Shown: positions 40,725 through 50,093 of the stretch, in pieces | How the letters are laid out: each line of letters starts with the position of its first letter | How positions within the stretch are numbered: the stretch's first letter is position 1 | DNA from: a virus | Direction: 5' to 3' (one strand) | Length of the DNA stretch: 64,000 nt | Virus record (IMG/VR): IMGVR_UViG_3300037851_000547 | Coordinates: 1-64,000 of that record | Program-made: the position numbers and the translations under genes | Notes under the pieces: model-generated | What the model was told of the DNA's origin: nothing | Database searches by the model: none | Seen by the model: the letters and a program-made list of their open reading frames with translations, nothing else

Positions 40725-41560
40725 CGCTTTCGGTTTATTTTACCGAATCGCTTGGTGATTACAAGCTGCCTCTCGCGGACGTTCTTTCCACCCTTGTTCA
40801 CCTTTGCCACGATGTAGCGGCACTTCCAGCCCTTCTTGTTGCAGAAGATCTTCCGCAGGCGAGGGTGGTTGTTGATGATGATGAAGACGTAGCCTTTCAT
40901 CCCATCGCAGACCTTCTTCAGGTGCTCGGGATCGAAAGCGGTCCCCTTCTTCTTCATGCCCCTGTGCTTCTTGATGCGGGCCTTCGTTCCGCCGTGATAG
41001 AAGCTATCGGAGTACTCCAGAAGCCAGGGTGGGTCGAGAAAGTGTACCGTCTTGTCGCCGTCGAACTTTCGCATGGTCGCCGCGAAGTCTCCAAGACGCA
41101 GGTACGCCTTGCGAAGCTTCTTCCGGTAGAGCTCGTGCTTACGCAGCCTGTTTCGGAGGAGGATCTTCCCAGCCGTGTTCTGGTCCCCGGTGTAGGTCGC
41201 GCGGTCGCCGTGCCAGCTCAAGGCGGACAGGGCGATCTTCCGACACACGCCGTTCTGGTTCTTCAGTACCCGCTTGAACAGGCTTCTGGATTTTCGGACA
41301 CCTCCCGCACATTTCCTGAGCCCTCCGTTCCTGGTGCTCTTGTACAGGTCCACCAGCCACGGGTCCATGTCGCCGATCACATTCCTCTTTACCAGAGGCT
41401 TCCTGAAAAACAGTGCCGCGCCACCGGCGAAAGGCTCCACGTAGGTATCGTGAGGTGGAAGCATCTTCACGAACCGCTTCGCCATGTGACGCTTGCCACC
41501 AGGCCACTTGATCAGCGGCTCGAGCGAAAGCTGCTTCTGTGTTCCGCGTGCCATTGCCAT
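40721..41560 (-). CDS. dam: Dam-type (D12 class) N6-adenine DNA methyltransferase
   Basis: IKWPGGKRHM, VEPFAGGAALFF (motif I) and HFLDPPW (motif IV). Confidence 0.9.
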   Translation of the reverse strand: MAMARGTQKQLSLEPLIKWPGGKRHMAKRFVKMLPPHDTYVEPFAGGAALFFRKPLVKRNVIGDMDPWLVDLYKSTRNGGLRKCAGGVRKSRSLFKRVLKNQNGVCRKIALSALSWHGDRATYTGDQNTAGKILLRNRLRKHELYRKKLRKAYLRLGDFAATMRKFDGDKTVHFLDPPWLLEYSDSFYHGGTKARIKKHRGMKKKGTAFDPEHLKKVCDGMKGYVFIIINNHPRLRKIFCNKKGWKCRYIVAKVNKGGKNVRERQLVITKRFGKINRKR

Positions 41561-41599
41561 CAGTTTACGATTTCTCGGTTTCCAGGTCTACGGTCTTCC

Positions 41600-42940
41600 C
41601 TAACATTTTTGACCAGTCAGGAAGCTGCAGTCGTTTCCGTGGTTTTTCTTCCTTCGATCTGAGAAAGGTCGGTTTTTAGAGATCCCATGAACCGCAATGA
41701 TTTCTTCACGCCAGGCAATCCCTCGCTCCCTTTTCGGATGCAGCTCTACAGTTGTATGCAAGAAGTCGAAGTCTCCACGAAAGAGCGGACCCCATGTACC
41801 AAGTAGCTCTTTGATATTGGGGACCACTAACATCTGAGTGCTCACGTTACCCCTGAGAATGTCCTTCTCGTTCCAAATTACTCTATTCCTGTGGTGTATC
41901 CTGAATACCTGGATTTTATATGGATCTTCTTTTATTCCTCTACGAATGGCTTCCATTCCACCTTCGAGGAAGTCGTCGTCATCGTCAATGAAATACAGAT
42001 GTGACTTGCTCGCAAACTGCATCGCCCAGTTTCTGACCGTGTGTCCGCAGTCTTTACATGGTCCTCGAGAATATTCCAGGTATCTTATACGCGGATCGTC
42101 TATCATGTGAGCAAAATACTGCGCTCGTTCACATGGTCCATCTCCACATACCAGAATTTCGTCGTGCTCACCCAGCTGTTCGTGAACCTGTTGAAGTACT
42201 TTCTCGAGGTGAGCTTGCCCAATTGTAGGAATGATAACTGTGATGCTGGGAATCGGTTCCGTGAGCTTCAGATCGAAGAACGATCTGTTCTTCCATGGAG
42301 TAGTCCCATCGAAAGCCAGACAGCATGACTGCTCCAATGGAAACTTGCTTCCAAGATATGCTTCTACTCCGTATCTGTTCTTATCAATGATCTTCCACTC
42401 ATGTTGAGCGAACAATTTCCGCAAGCTCACCCACCAGAATGTTCCAGAATAGTGCCATTTTGCATCGGGAGCTTCGTCGATAATGGCTTTGATCCTGAAT
42501 ATTCCTGCGCAAGAATATAACTTTAGAAGTTCTTCAACCTCGCTGATGTATGTCAGATTTTCTCTGTACATGACATTGCGCCAGTTTCTTATCTTCGTCA
42601 GCCTAGTGTCGCCTATACCGTAACTCACGCCCTTTGTGTGAGCGTAGAACAAGATTTCGTCTTCACCCGCTGGCGCGAACGTCTCGAGCTGTTCAATGAA
42701 GTGCGGCGTTTCTCCGAGAAGCGGATCGTTCTTAACGTGAACGAATTCGACCTGGGTCATCCCACATTTTCTGAACGCTGCTTCTACCATTTCAGGCTTT
42801 TGAGCGTTCTCGTCGGAGCGAACTACGATCACCTTCCAGCCATTGAACGCGGCTTTGTACTTGCAAAGCTCCCTCACATTCAGCAGCCAGTCGTCAGTCT
42901 TTTTCGCTGCATAGACGCTATACAGAAGATGCCTTATCAT
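41600..42940 (-). CDS. two-domain glycosyltransferase (N-terminal domain paralogous to the next gene, plus a C-terminal GT2/GT-A domain)
   Basis: The C-terminal half has ITVIIPTIGQ...ILVCGDG...YFIDDDDDF (DxD). The N-terminal 210 aa align with 42918..43655 (MIRHLLYSV...EDEILFYAHTKGV...YSG.FWWV). AT-richer DNA. Confidence 0.7.
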   Translation of the reverse strand: MIRHLLYSVYAAKKTDDWLLNVRELCKYKAAFNGWKVIVVRSDENAQKPEMVEAAFRKCGMTQVEFVHVKNDPLLGETPHFIEQLETFAPAGEDEILFYAHTKGVSYGIGDTRLTKIRNWRNVMYRENLTYISEVEELLKLYSCAGIFRIKAIIDEAPDAKWHYSGTFWWVSLRKLFAQHEWKIIDKNRYGVEAYLGSKFPLEQSCCLAFDGTTPWKNRSFFDLKLTEPIPSITVIIPTIGQAHLEKVLQQVHEQLGEHDEILVCGDGPCERAQYFAHMIDDPRIRYLEYSRGPCKDCGHTVRNWAMQFASKSHLYFIDDDDDFLEGGMEAIRRGIKEDPYKIQVFRIHHRNRVIWNEKDILRGNVSTQMLVVPNIKELLGTWGPLFRGDFDFLHTTVELHPKRERGIAWREEIIAVHGISKNRPFSDRRKKNHGNDCSFLTGQKC

Positions 42941-43655
42941 GGTGCTGCGCTTTCAGGGATGACCACGGTACAGGTATCGGACAGTACGGACCGACCTTTC
43001 TGTGAAGCTCGTTCAAGTCCGATTCAGTAAAAAGAATGTTGCTTCTCGGATTGTAGTCGAACAGCGCTCCGAGATAGGCCTCCACCGCGTGCGAGTGATC
43101 GTGAATGAATGTCCAGTCGCACCTGAATAGCTCTGCCAGTCTGACCCACCAGAAGTTGCCAGAGTAATACCAGGAAGACCGAGTCATCGTCTTGTTGATT
43201 GGCCGGCATTTGATGAAACTTCCGGCGCATGGATGCTGTTCGAGCCTTTCCTCTACCAGCTCCATGTTATCGAGGCAGGCGTGGTACATGGCATCTCGCC
43301 AATCTCGAATGAACGGGAGCTGTGGAGCGGAGGCGTCGTACTTAACGCCCTTGGTGTGCGCGTAGAACAGGATTTCATCTTCGCCCAGGTCGTCGCGCTG
43401 GAACCTGCCGAGCAGCTCGATGAAGTGGGCGGTTTCCTGCAGCTTCCGATCATTCTGGACGTGGACGAACTCGACGGGGAACGTGAAAGCTGCTTCCACC
43501 GCTTCCGGCGACTCGGTGACTCCATTCTCCGAGCGGACCACTACTATTTTCCGCCCGGTGAAGACGCTCGAGTACTCGCAGAGCTTCTTCACGTTGAGCA
43601 GCCACTCTTTCGTGTGAGAGGCTGCGAATACGCTGTAGAGCAGGTGGCGGATCAT
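42918..43655 (-). CDS. putative glycosyltransferase-like protein (paralog of the N-terminal domain of 41600..42940)
   Basis: The ATG at 43655 (ATGA overlap) gives MIRHLLYSVFAAS..., roughly half identical to the neighbour N-domain by eye. Confidence 0.5.
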   Translation of the reverse strand: MIRHLLYSVFAASHTKEWLLNVKKLCEYSSVFTGRKIVVVRSENGVTESPEAVEAAFTFPVEFVHVQNDRKLQETAHFIELLGRFQRDDLGEDEILFYAHTKGVKYDASAPQLPFIRDWRDAMYHACLDNMELVEERLEQHPCAGSFIKCRPINKTMTRSSWYYSGNFWWVRLAELFRCDWTFIHDHSHAVEAYLGALFDYNPRSNILFTESDLNELHRKVGPYCPIPVPWSSLKAQHHDKASSV

Positions 43656-43930
43656 CGCTTTCTGGCGCGAAGCCTGATGCAGCCTTCCGTTTTCCAGCGA
43701 GGAGCGCTGCGTATCTTCGCCATCTTGAGATGCGCCTCTTCGGCCGTGGAAGCGGTTGCGATGGTAGCCCATGTCGGAGACCACCCTCCGCGGATAGCCA
43801 TGCACCTGCCGGTGAGCATCGGAGCCATCTGGATCTGATACTCGTAGTGCTTGCGCTTCTTCTGGTGCTTCCGCATCCGACCGGCGAGCCGAAGGATTGG
43901 AACCGCGTATGTGAGCGCTTCGAACAGCAT
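43652..43930 (-). CDS. hypothetical basic protein
   Basis: 92-aa ORF. Confidence 0.35.
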   Translation of the reverse strand: MLFEALTYAVPILRLAGRMRKHQKKRKHYEYQIQMAPMLTGRCMAIRGGWSPTWATIATASTAEEAHLKMAKIRSAPRWKTEGCIRLRARKR

Positions 43931-44574
43931 CAGTTGGCCTGCTTTTTCGCCAACTTCCGAGCGGCCTTCGTCATCAGTTCTTGATACTGCGTGCGAAGAT
44001 GTGGGTCTTTCATGACCGTCTTCACGAGTTCGCGCTGCAGCTTACCAGGAGTCACCCCTGGGTAGTGCCGGTACACCGTTTCACGCCAGTTCGAGCTGAA
44101 ACTGCCCATCGCAGGAGCCGGTGCCGGTGGCCGCTTGGTCTTCGAGAACATGGCGACCACGAGCGCGAGTACCGATGCGCTTCCGACGATCCAGTTCCAG
44201 GGGATCTGCGCCCTTACTTCGATGTCCTCTCCCTTGATGACGGGACCTGGTTTCGGCGCTGCGATGATGGCTTGGCCTGCGATCATCACTCCAGGTGTCT
44301 TGGAAATCTGCTCGGCCAGGTCTTTCGCCAGGCTCAGGTTGGAGTTCCATCTCTGCTGGTCGGTATTGGACCACTTCGCGCTCGAGGCGAGAGTCCGGGC
44401 TGAAGATCCCCAGTCCTGGCTGTCGTATTCGTCTCCCCAGGAGATCAAGAGAGCATTCAGGTCCGAAAACAGGTTCTTCGGTATCCGATCGAACGGCTCC
44501 ATGCGATTCAGAAGGTCTTCTACCTTCTTGAATTCCGCGTCCATCGCGTGGGGATCTGTGATCATGATCGCCAT
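43930..44574 (-). CDS. hypothetical single-pass membrane protein
   Basis: 214 aa. TM helix WIVGSASVLALVVAMF. Confidence 0.45.
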   Translation of the reverse strand: MAIMITDPHAMDAEFKKVEDLLNRMEPFDRIPKNLFSDLNALLISWGDEYDSQDWGSSARTLASSAKWSNTDQQRWNSNLSLAKDLAEQISKTPGVMIAGQAIIAAPKPGPVIKGEDIEVRAQIPWNWIVGSASVLALVVAMFSKTKRPPAPAPAMGSFSSNWRETVYRHYPGVTPGKLQRELVKTVMKDPHLRTQYQELMTKAARKLAKKQAN

Positions 44575-44582
44575 AGTGACCT

Positions 44583-44765
44583 CTACGATTGTTCCCGGAG
44601 CCGCGTTCTGGCTCCTACTCCTCGTTTTGTGCGTTCACGGCAGTACCGCGACCATTGCGCGTCCCCGAAGTTACCGAGAACGAACTTCTTGATGTGCTTG
44701 CGCGACTGCTTCGCCAGAAAGAGCGAGCCGCCGAGAAGCGCCAGGCCTGTGAAAAGACCCTTCAC
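44583..44765 (-). CDS. small membrane protein
   Basis: 60 aa with N-terminal TM helix. Confidence 0.35.
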   Translation of the reverse strand: MKGLFTGLALLGGSLFLAKQSRKHIKKFVLGNFGDAQWSRYCRERTKRGVGARTRLREQS

Positions 44766-45637
44766 CGCCTGCGATTCCTTCGAAGACCGAACAGCCCACT
44801 GTCTTCGGTGATCAGGTCAACGAACGGAATCTCGATTCGCTTGAACTCCCGGTATTCCGGCGACTGACTGGATACATAGTGAGAATGCTCAGAGAGTATC
44901 GTGTAGAGCATCTTCGCATTTGGCTTGTCGCCGTATCCGACCGCTTTGCTGAAAGGAAGCAAAATTCTGTTCATACGACTGCGGTGTTCGTCCTCGGTAC
45001 CGTGAAGTCCACTGAGTCTGCGCGTTCTTTGAATCGGAACGTCTCTCTTTCCGAGCTGACGAAGCCTGATGTGCTCTCTGTTTGCCGCTTCCCAGGTCGA
45101 ATACTCTTTTCCCCCGATGTACCAGGTTGTCTTGTAACCGACAGTCCTCCGCTTTTTCGGCCTGAGCGCTAGCGCTCCAACAAGAACCGCCAGAGCCCCC
45201 GCTCCCAGCATCATCGCGTTGCCGAGAGCAGGCGAAGAAACATTCGTCGTGAGAGGACCGTACGGGTCCGGATTGTTCGAGAAGCGCTTCTTCGCCTCGG
45301 CATCCGAAATGATCTCCGGTGCGAGCAGGCGGTTGTCCTTGAAGACCATGTACGGAACCTTCGACAGGTCCACTCCCTCGCCGGCGTAGAAGTGCCGACT
45401 CTTCATGAACTGCGTCTCGAACGGGACGATCTTGTCTGTGTAGTCGTTGTACAGCGACCAGTCTCCCCTCATCCGGTCGAGCAGCTCCCGCAGCGATGCC
45501 CGGTTCGCAAACGCCAGCGATTCCTCTGGCTTGGGGATCGCCTCGAGCATCCAGGTGTAGCAGTTGTAGGTGATGAGCGCCCTGTCGATCGACGTTCTGA
45601 GCGCCTCTGGGTCCTGAGTGACAACCTGTCCGAACAT
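44762..45637 (-). CDS. hypothetical single-pass membrane protein
   Basis: ATG at 45637 follows TAGGAGATCGC. TM helix AMMLGAGALAVLVGALAL. Confidence 0.45.
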   Translation of the reverse strand: MFGQVVTQDPEALRTSIDRALITYNCYTWMLEAIPKPEESLAFANRASLRELLDRMRGDWSLYNDYTDKIVPFETQFMKSRHFYAGEGVDLSKVPYMVFKDNRLLAPEIISDAEAKKRFSNNPDPYGPLTTNVSSPALGNAMMLGAGALAVLVGALALRPKKRRTVGYKTTWYIGGKEYSTWEAANREHIRLRQLGKRDVPIQRTRRLSGLHGTEDEHRSRMNRILLPFSKAVGYGDKPNAKMLYTILSEHSHYVSSQSPEYREFKRIEIPFVDLITEDSGLFGLRRNRRR

Positions 45638-45645
45638 GCGATCTC

Positions 45646-45963
45646 CTATTTTTCGTCCAGTGGGAACTCGAAGTCCTTGGTCTGCTTGACGGCCCACAGG
45701 CAGATGATGAACGCCGGAAGCGCCCCGACCTGCTCAGCCGATGGTACCAGACCCAGCGCGCCGGCCGCCAGCGCCCCCAGAATCGTCGTCCAGAACGACA
45801 TGCACAGGTCGCAGGCCCACGGCTTGCGACCCGTTTTCGCCAGGGTCTTGCCCGGAGGAACCGCCCGAAATAGCGACACCACCGAGGCCGCCGAGAGCCC
45901 CAGGAAGACAGCGTATGTCAGAAGTGATACCACAGCGTCATACCTGAACGTACAGCTAGGCAA
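45646..45963 (-). CDS. multi-pass membrane protein (DUF1360-like?)
   Basis: 105 aa with three hydrophobic segments and a WACDLCMSFW motif. Start uncertain (TTG 45963 or GTG 45933). Confidence 0.45.
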   Translation of the reverse strand: MPSCTFRYDAVVSLLTYAVFLGLSAASVVSLFRAVPPGKTLAKTGRKPWACDLCMSFWTTILGALAAGALGLVPSAEQVGALPAFIICLWAVKQTKDFEFPLDEK

Positions 45964-48250
45964 ACGGGTTCAGCTTCTTGGCCTTGCTTTTCGCCAGGGC
46001 AACCTTGCCCTGAACCCGGCGAACCTCCTTCGGAAGCGTCTTTGGCATCTGCTTCTTGACGAACGACACGAGCTGCTTGTCGGTGGGAACCTTCGGTAGC
46101 TCGCCCTTCACCGCGGCCTTCAGGGCGGCGTCTGTGAACCGTGCTGCGTCCTTTCCAAGCGTCTTCTCGACGAGCTTCTTTCCTTCCTTGCGCAGATACC
46201 GCTCGCCAGTCTTCTGCGCCAACCGCTGACCTTCCTTCAGGATGTCCTGTGGGTTGCCGGTAGCCAGGTTCACGAACCTCGCAACATCCTCTCCTCCAGC
46301 AGCTCGCAGAGCCCTTCCGGTAAAATCTGCAGCGATGCTCGGGTCGATGCCGAGCTTGGCTATCTCGGCTCCTCCGATCTTCGACAGGGCATCGCCGGCA
46401 CCACCTCCTCCCAGCAGTGCCGTTCCGGCCGACTTGGCGTCACGCAGAAGGTTCTTCGGGTCTGTGACGCTTCTGGCGATACCGCTCGCGGTCGTCTTCA
46501 CGGCATCGTCGAACTTCGACAAGCGGAGCTTCCCCTCGGTCAGTCCAAGCTCTTTCAGTCCACCACAGACCGACTTGCTCAGGTCCTGTATTCTGTTGGC
46601 GGCTACCGCTCCTGCAGCTCCACCAGCTGGTCCTCCGAACGCGCCTCCCGCAGCTGCTCCTGCAACCTGGGTAGCTGCCTGGCCAACCGCCGAACCGATT
46701 AACTTGCAGGGCAAGCCGACAAAAATACTCCCGGCGATCTTCGCAACGGTGTTGATGCCATCCTCGACAAGTCCGATGATGTCGCCCTTGGCAAGACGCT
46801 CGAGAGTACTTCCGATGTCTCCGACAACATCGGTGATCGCCCCTCCAACATCGTTGATGACCTTGAGCACACCTTTCGGTCTTTTCGACTTCGCGTATGA
46901 GTTCTTAGCGGCTCCAAAGTACGGAGCAGCTACCAGAATCGCACCCTGAGTTTTTCCGACCGCTTTTATCGCTTCTACCAGCTGTGGTTCCCATTCTCCC
47001 CTGTTGGGAAGCTCCGGAACCAGCTCGATGAAGCTCTTCGCGTATAGGTACGCGCACTCAGCCTTCATTTCGGGAGAAGCCGCTTCTCCCCATGACTTCT
47101 TCATCGTGGATATAGGAAATGGCTCGTCGTTACAGCATCCGATGAACTTGTAGCAGTACTTCCTGTTCCTTGGTTGCGTCACGTTCACGCACCAGTTATG
47201 AGAAACGCTCTTGTCGAGTTTCGCTCCAAAGTTCTTGCACGGAGCATTGTGCTCGCCTCCCCACAGCTTCCAGTAGTCGTTTATCGAGTGGACGATGACA
47301 GATCTCTTTGCTTCCTGGATTGCCTGTCGCCTCTCTGTTACTCGCTGCTCCAGTTTTTTTCGCTGTTCTGGAGAAAGTTTCTCGAGCCTCTTTGCGGCCT
47401 CCTGTGTCTTTTGTTTCAGCCCGGTTTTTACCTTGCTGAAAAATCGGTTTGCCGCGAGGTCGAACAGCGCTTCGTAGGCTCCAAGATCGCTCGAGCTTTT
47501 CGCTTCTGGAGTGAACGACCGAAGAATCCGTATTCGACTTTTCACCTCTGCAAGCTCTACGGCTACGTGCTCTCCTTCCCGGAGTCTCCGCTCGAGGTCG
47601 GCTTGCTTCACCCGCAAGATGTTGATCTCGTCCGAAGATCCGCTTGCTTCACTCTTGGCTATTTGCTGGCGCCGGATGTCCTTGAGTCGCTCGGTGCTTG
47701 AACCGAGCTGCTTGTAGATCTTCGCGAGCGTTGCAGTCGCTGCCGGCTGTCCAGCTACTACCGTGGCGGCGATTTCCTGAGCGAGTACAGCCTGCGCTGC
47801 GGCGTTGCGCGCCGCCGCTTCGGCGACCTTGGCGACCTTGGCGTGCTGGATGGCGCTCTTTGCAAGTACTGCAGCCTGGCCGATGGAGAAAGCGTCCCCC
47901 CTGGTCTGTAGACGCTTGATGTGCGGAATGAGGCCCTGAAGCTTCCTCTTGGAGTCGTAGAAGCTCTGGGCACGGATATGCGCTTTTCGCGCCAGCTCGA
48001 CGCTCTTTTCGGCAAGAGCGGTGGCTACCTCCCGCGTCTTTCCTGTTCCGGGTTGCATCGAAGCTTCGACGACTTTCTTCATGTCGTTCTCGGAACTCGA
48101 ATCTGCTTCTTCGAGTCCAAGAAACGACCACGGAACTCTCAGCAGCGACACGTCTTCCGATGAACCGAGAAGAGCGCTGTCGATTCCGGAAAGATCTCCT
48201 CCATATCGAAGAAGATCGCTCAGCGCCGCGTTTCTGCAACAGGAAGACAT
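45956..48250 (-). CDS. large coiled-coil / Gly-Ala-rich virion-associated protein (tape-measure- or internal-protein-like)
   Basis: ATG at 48250 follows GAGGTAGACTC. 764 aa with long helical Ala/Lys-rich stretches and a GAAAGGAFGGPAGGAAGA tract. Confidence 0.55.
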   Translation of the reverse strand: MSSCCRNAALSDLLRYGGDLSGIDSALLGSSEDVSLLRVPWSFLGLEEADSSSENDMKKVVEASMQPGTGKTREVATALAEKSVELARKAHIRAQSFYDSKRKLQGLIPHIKRLQTRGDAFSIGQAAVLAKSAIQHAKVAKVAEAAARNAAAQAVLAQEIAATVVAGQPAATATLAKIYKQLGSSTERLKDIRRQQIAKSEASGSSDEINILRVKQADLERRLREGEHVAVELAEVKSRIRILRSFTPEAKSSSDLGAYEALFDLAANRFFSKVKTGLKQKTQEAAKRLEKLSPEQRKKLEQRVTERRQAIQEAKRSVIVHSINDYWKLWGGEHNAPCKNFGAKLDKSVSHNWCVNVTQPRNRKYCYKFIGCCNDEPFPISTMKKSWGEAASPEMKAECAYLYAKSFIELVPELPNRGEWEPQLVEAIKAVGKTQGAILVAAPYFGAAKNSYAKSKRPKGVLKVINDVGGAITDVVGDIGSTLERLAKGDIIGLVEDGINTVAKIAGSIFVGLPCKLIGSAVGQAATQVAGAAAGGAFGGPAGGAAGAVAANRIQDLSKSVCGGLKELGLTEGKLRLSKFDDAVKTTASGIARSVTDPKNLLRDAKSAGTALLGGGGAGDALSKIGGAEIAKLGIDPSIAADFTGRALRAAGGEDVARFVNLATGNPQDILKEGQRLAQKTGERYLRKEGKKLVEKTLGKDAARFTDAALKAAVKGELPKVPTDKQLVSFVKKQMPKTLPKEVRRVQGKVALAKSKAKKLNPFA

Positions 48251-48254
48251 GAGT

Positions 48255-48716
48255 CTACCTCGTTCTGCTCGTAGAGTATCGCTTGCAATACCGTTTCTTG
48301 CCCTTCTTTCCCCACCGTACGCACTTCCGCCGCTTGGCTGGCTCAAGGCGCATCAAACCGCAGCGCTTGGTGGTGCGACCGATCAGGGCGTCGTAGTCGG
48401 TGCTCAGGTTGCTGATCACCGCGTCGTACCTGGACCTGTTGCTCTGCATGGCTTTCAGGTTCTCGTGGGCAACGGCTGCTTCCATGAGAACCGTCTTCAG
48501 CGATCGATATGCGGTCCTGCAGTTTCCGGTGCTCTTTCTCTTGGAGAGCGCGCTCTCGGCTTCGTTCATGAGCTGGTAGGCATTCTCGACGTGGTGAAGC
48601 AGCTCGCCAGCGTGCTGCTCATCGGTGAGTCCAAGCTCTGACAGTTGCCCGCGATGACGGCGACCGCACATCGCGAGCCCTGCCAGGAGCCCCATTCCCG
48701 CAACGAGACCGTTCAT
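48255..48716 (-). CDS. membrane-anchored protein ending in one basic Cys-repeat module
   Basis: ATG at 48716. TM helix LVAGMGLLAGLAMCG. The C-terminal KRRKCVRWGKKGKKRYCKRY matches the repeat in 62237..63020. Confidence 0.5.
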   Translation of the reverse strand: MNGLVAGMGLLAGLAMCGRRHRGQLSELGLTDEQHAGELLHHVENAYQLMNEAESALSKRKSTGNCRTAYRSLKTVLMEAAVAHENLKAMQSNRSRYDAVISNLSTDYDALIGRTTKRCGLMRLEPAKRRKCVRWGKKGKKRYCKRYSTSRTR

Positions 48717-48736
48717 CGTCAGCCCTTTCGCTGCTG

Positions 48737-49381
48737 CTAGAACTTGAATCCGAAGACGACCGCCTCGAGCTCTCCGGAGTTGTGAAGGATGACGAGTTTC
48801 TGGTCTCTGTTGAAGAACCAGGGTCCTCCCTCTTGCGGAAGGAGCGCCGCAACTTCCGATTCCAGATTGATCGTATCGTATGAGCGAAGGCACGTTCCAG
48901 TCGTGAAGTCCGTCAGCGTGACAATGGCACCAGTCACCGGAACGGAATCGCTCTTGTTCGAGAGGATGACCTTTTCCACGACGAGCGGCCCGTCCAGCAC
49001 CTGGGCAGGAGAATCACAGACTCCACTGAACAGCAACTTCGACGTGAACCGACCCTTGAGAAGAGGCGACTTGTGTCCGCCGACCGTGACGAAGCAGACC
49101 TGATCGAGGCTGATGAAAAGGCTCTGCCCCCTGGGAACGATGATCTGGTCTTGCCCGACGAAAAAGAGCACGTCTCTTCCGGGAGCTGGATCTACGGCCA
49201 CCTCTCCACACGGAGATCCATCGGCCCAGCTCGCTCCGATCCGCAATTGAACATTGGCTTCGTAGGTATCCGACGTGTTGAAGATAGTTATCTGATCGAT
49301 CACCATCGGCCCATCGACCAGCTTCGTCTGACCGACAGGAGTGGTGCCAGGAGCGGCCGGTAGGTAAATATTCCTATACAT
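48737..49381 (-). CDS. internally duplicated beta-rich protein (two copies of the ~100-aa module seen in the next two genes)
   Basis: VDGPMVIDQITIFNTSD and LDGPLVVEKVILSNKSD sit in the two halves. Confidence 0.5.
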   Translation of the reverse strand: MYRNIYLPAAPGTTPVGQTKLVDGPMVIDQITIFNTSDTYEANVQLRIGASWADGSPCGEVAVDPAPGRDVLFFVGQDQIIVPRGQSLFISLDQVCFVTVGGHKSPLLKGRFTSKLLFSGVCDSPAQVLDGPLVVEKVILSNKSDSVPVTGAIVTLTDFTTGTCLRSYDTINLESEVAALLPQEGGPWFFNRDQKLVILHNSGELEAVVFGFKF

Positions 49382-49452
49382 GATCTAATCTCCTTGTTTA
49401 CTGTTGCTACTGTTCTTTACTCGATCATTCCCGTTGTGAAGCGTTTGTCCAG

Positions 49453-49764
49453 TTACGGAGCCAGACCGAACACCGCTGCAGCAGCCGGTCCCGTTCCCAC
49501 TATGACATCCAGAAACAGCTTCTGGCCTGCGTTCAGCGCCAGACCGCAGTCTTCATGACCTGTAATGGAGCCGAAACCAGCTGCGAGAGCGGTCATTTTC
49601 TTGATCGTTTTGCTGCTCGCGTAGTCGGCTCCGACTTTGTACTCGAAGTCCATCGGATCAGGACCACTGTTGTAGAGGCTGATAATCCTCACGATGCAGG
49701 GACCGGAAGCTATCAGATTTCCGGTTCCCGTGTAGTTGTTTCCACTGATTGCTTTGTATGCCAT
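49453..49764 (-). CDS. small beta-rich protein, paralog family
   Basis: 103 aa. GTGNLIASGPCIVRIISLYNSGPD aligns with the neighbour. Confidence 0.5.
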   Translation of the reverse strand: MAYKAISGNNYTGTGNLIASGPCIVRIISLYNSGPDPMDFEYKVGADYASSKTIKKMTALAAGFGSITGHEDCGLALNAGQKLFLDVIVGTGPAAAAVFGLAP

Positions 49765-49779
49765 GATGGTTCTCCTCTA

Positions 49780-50082
49780 CTAGGCAAGTCCGCTTAGCGA
49801 TGCAGACACGGGTCCGGTTCCCAAAGATAGATCGGCGAACATCTTGTATCCCGCTGGAACCTGCAAACCGTCTTTGGTGAAGTTTTCCGCGCTCACTCCA
49901 GCAAGCATGGCAGCGCTCGAAAGCGGAATACTCGTCGCGTGGTCGATACCGAGCCGCAGCACAACAACAGCTTGATCTGGTCCGTTGTTGTGGAAAAAGA
50001 AGTCCTTGACGTTGGCGGGACCAGAAACAACTGCATTTCCAGTACCACTCAGATTTCCAGTAAATAGATTCTTGTAACTCAT
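49780..50082 (-). CDS. small beta-rich protein, paralog family
   Basis: ATG at 50082 follows GGAGGAGCGC. 100 aa with GTGNAVVSGPANVKDFFFHNNGPD. The track N-terminal extension is out-of-frame overlap. Confidence 0.5.
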   Translation of the reverse strand: MSYKNLFTGNLSGTGNAVVSGPANVKDFFFHNNGPDQAVVVLRLGIDHATSIPLSSAAMLAGVSAENFTKDGLQVPAGYKMFADLSLGTGPVSASLSGLA

Positions 50083-50093
50083 GCGCTCCTCCG

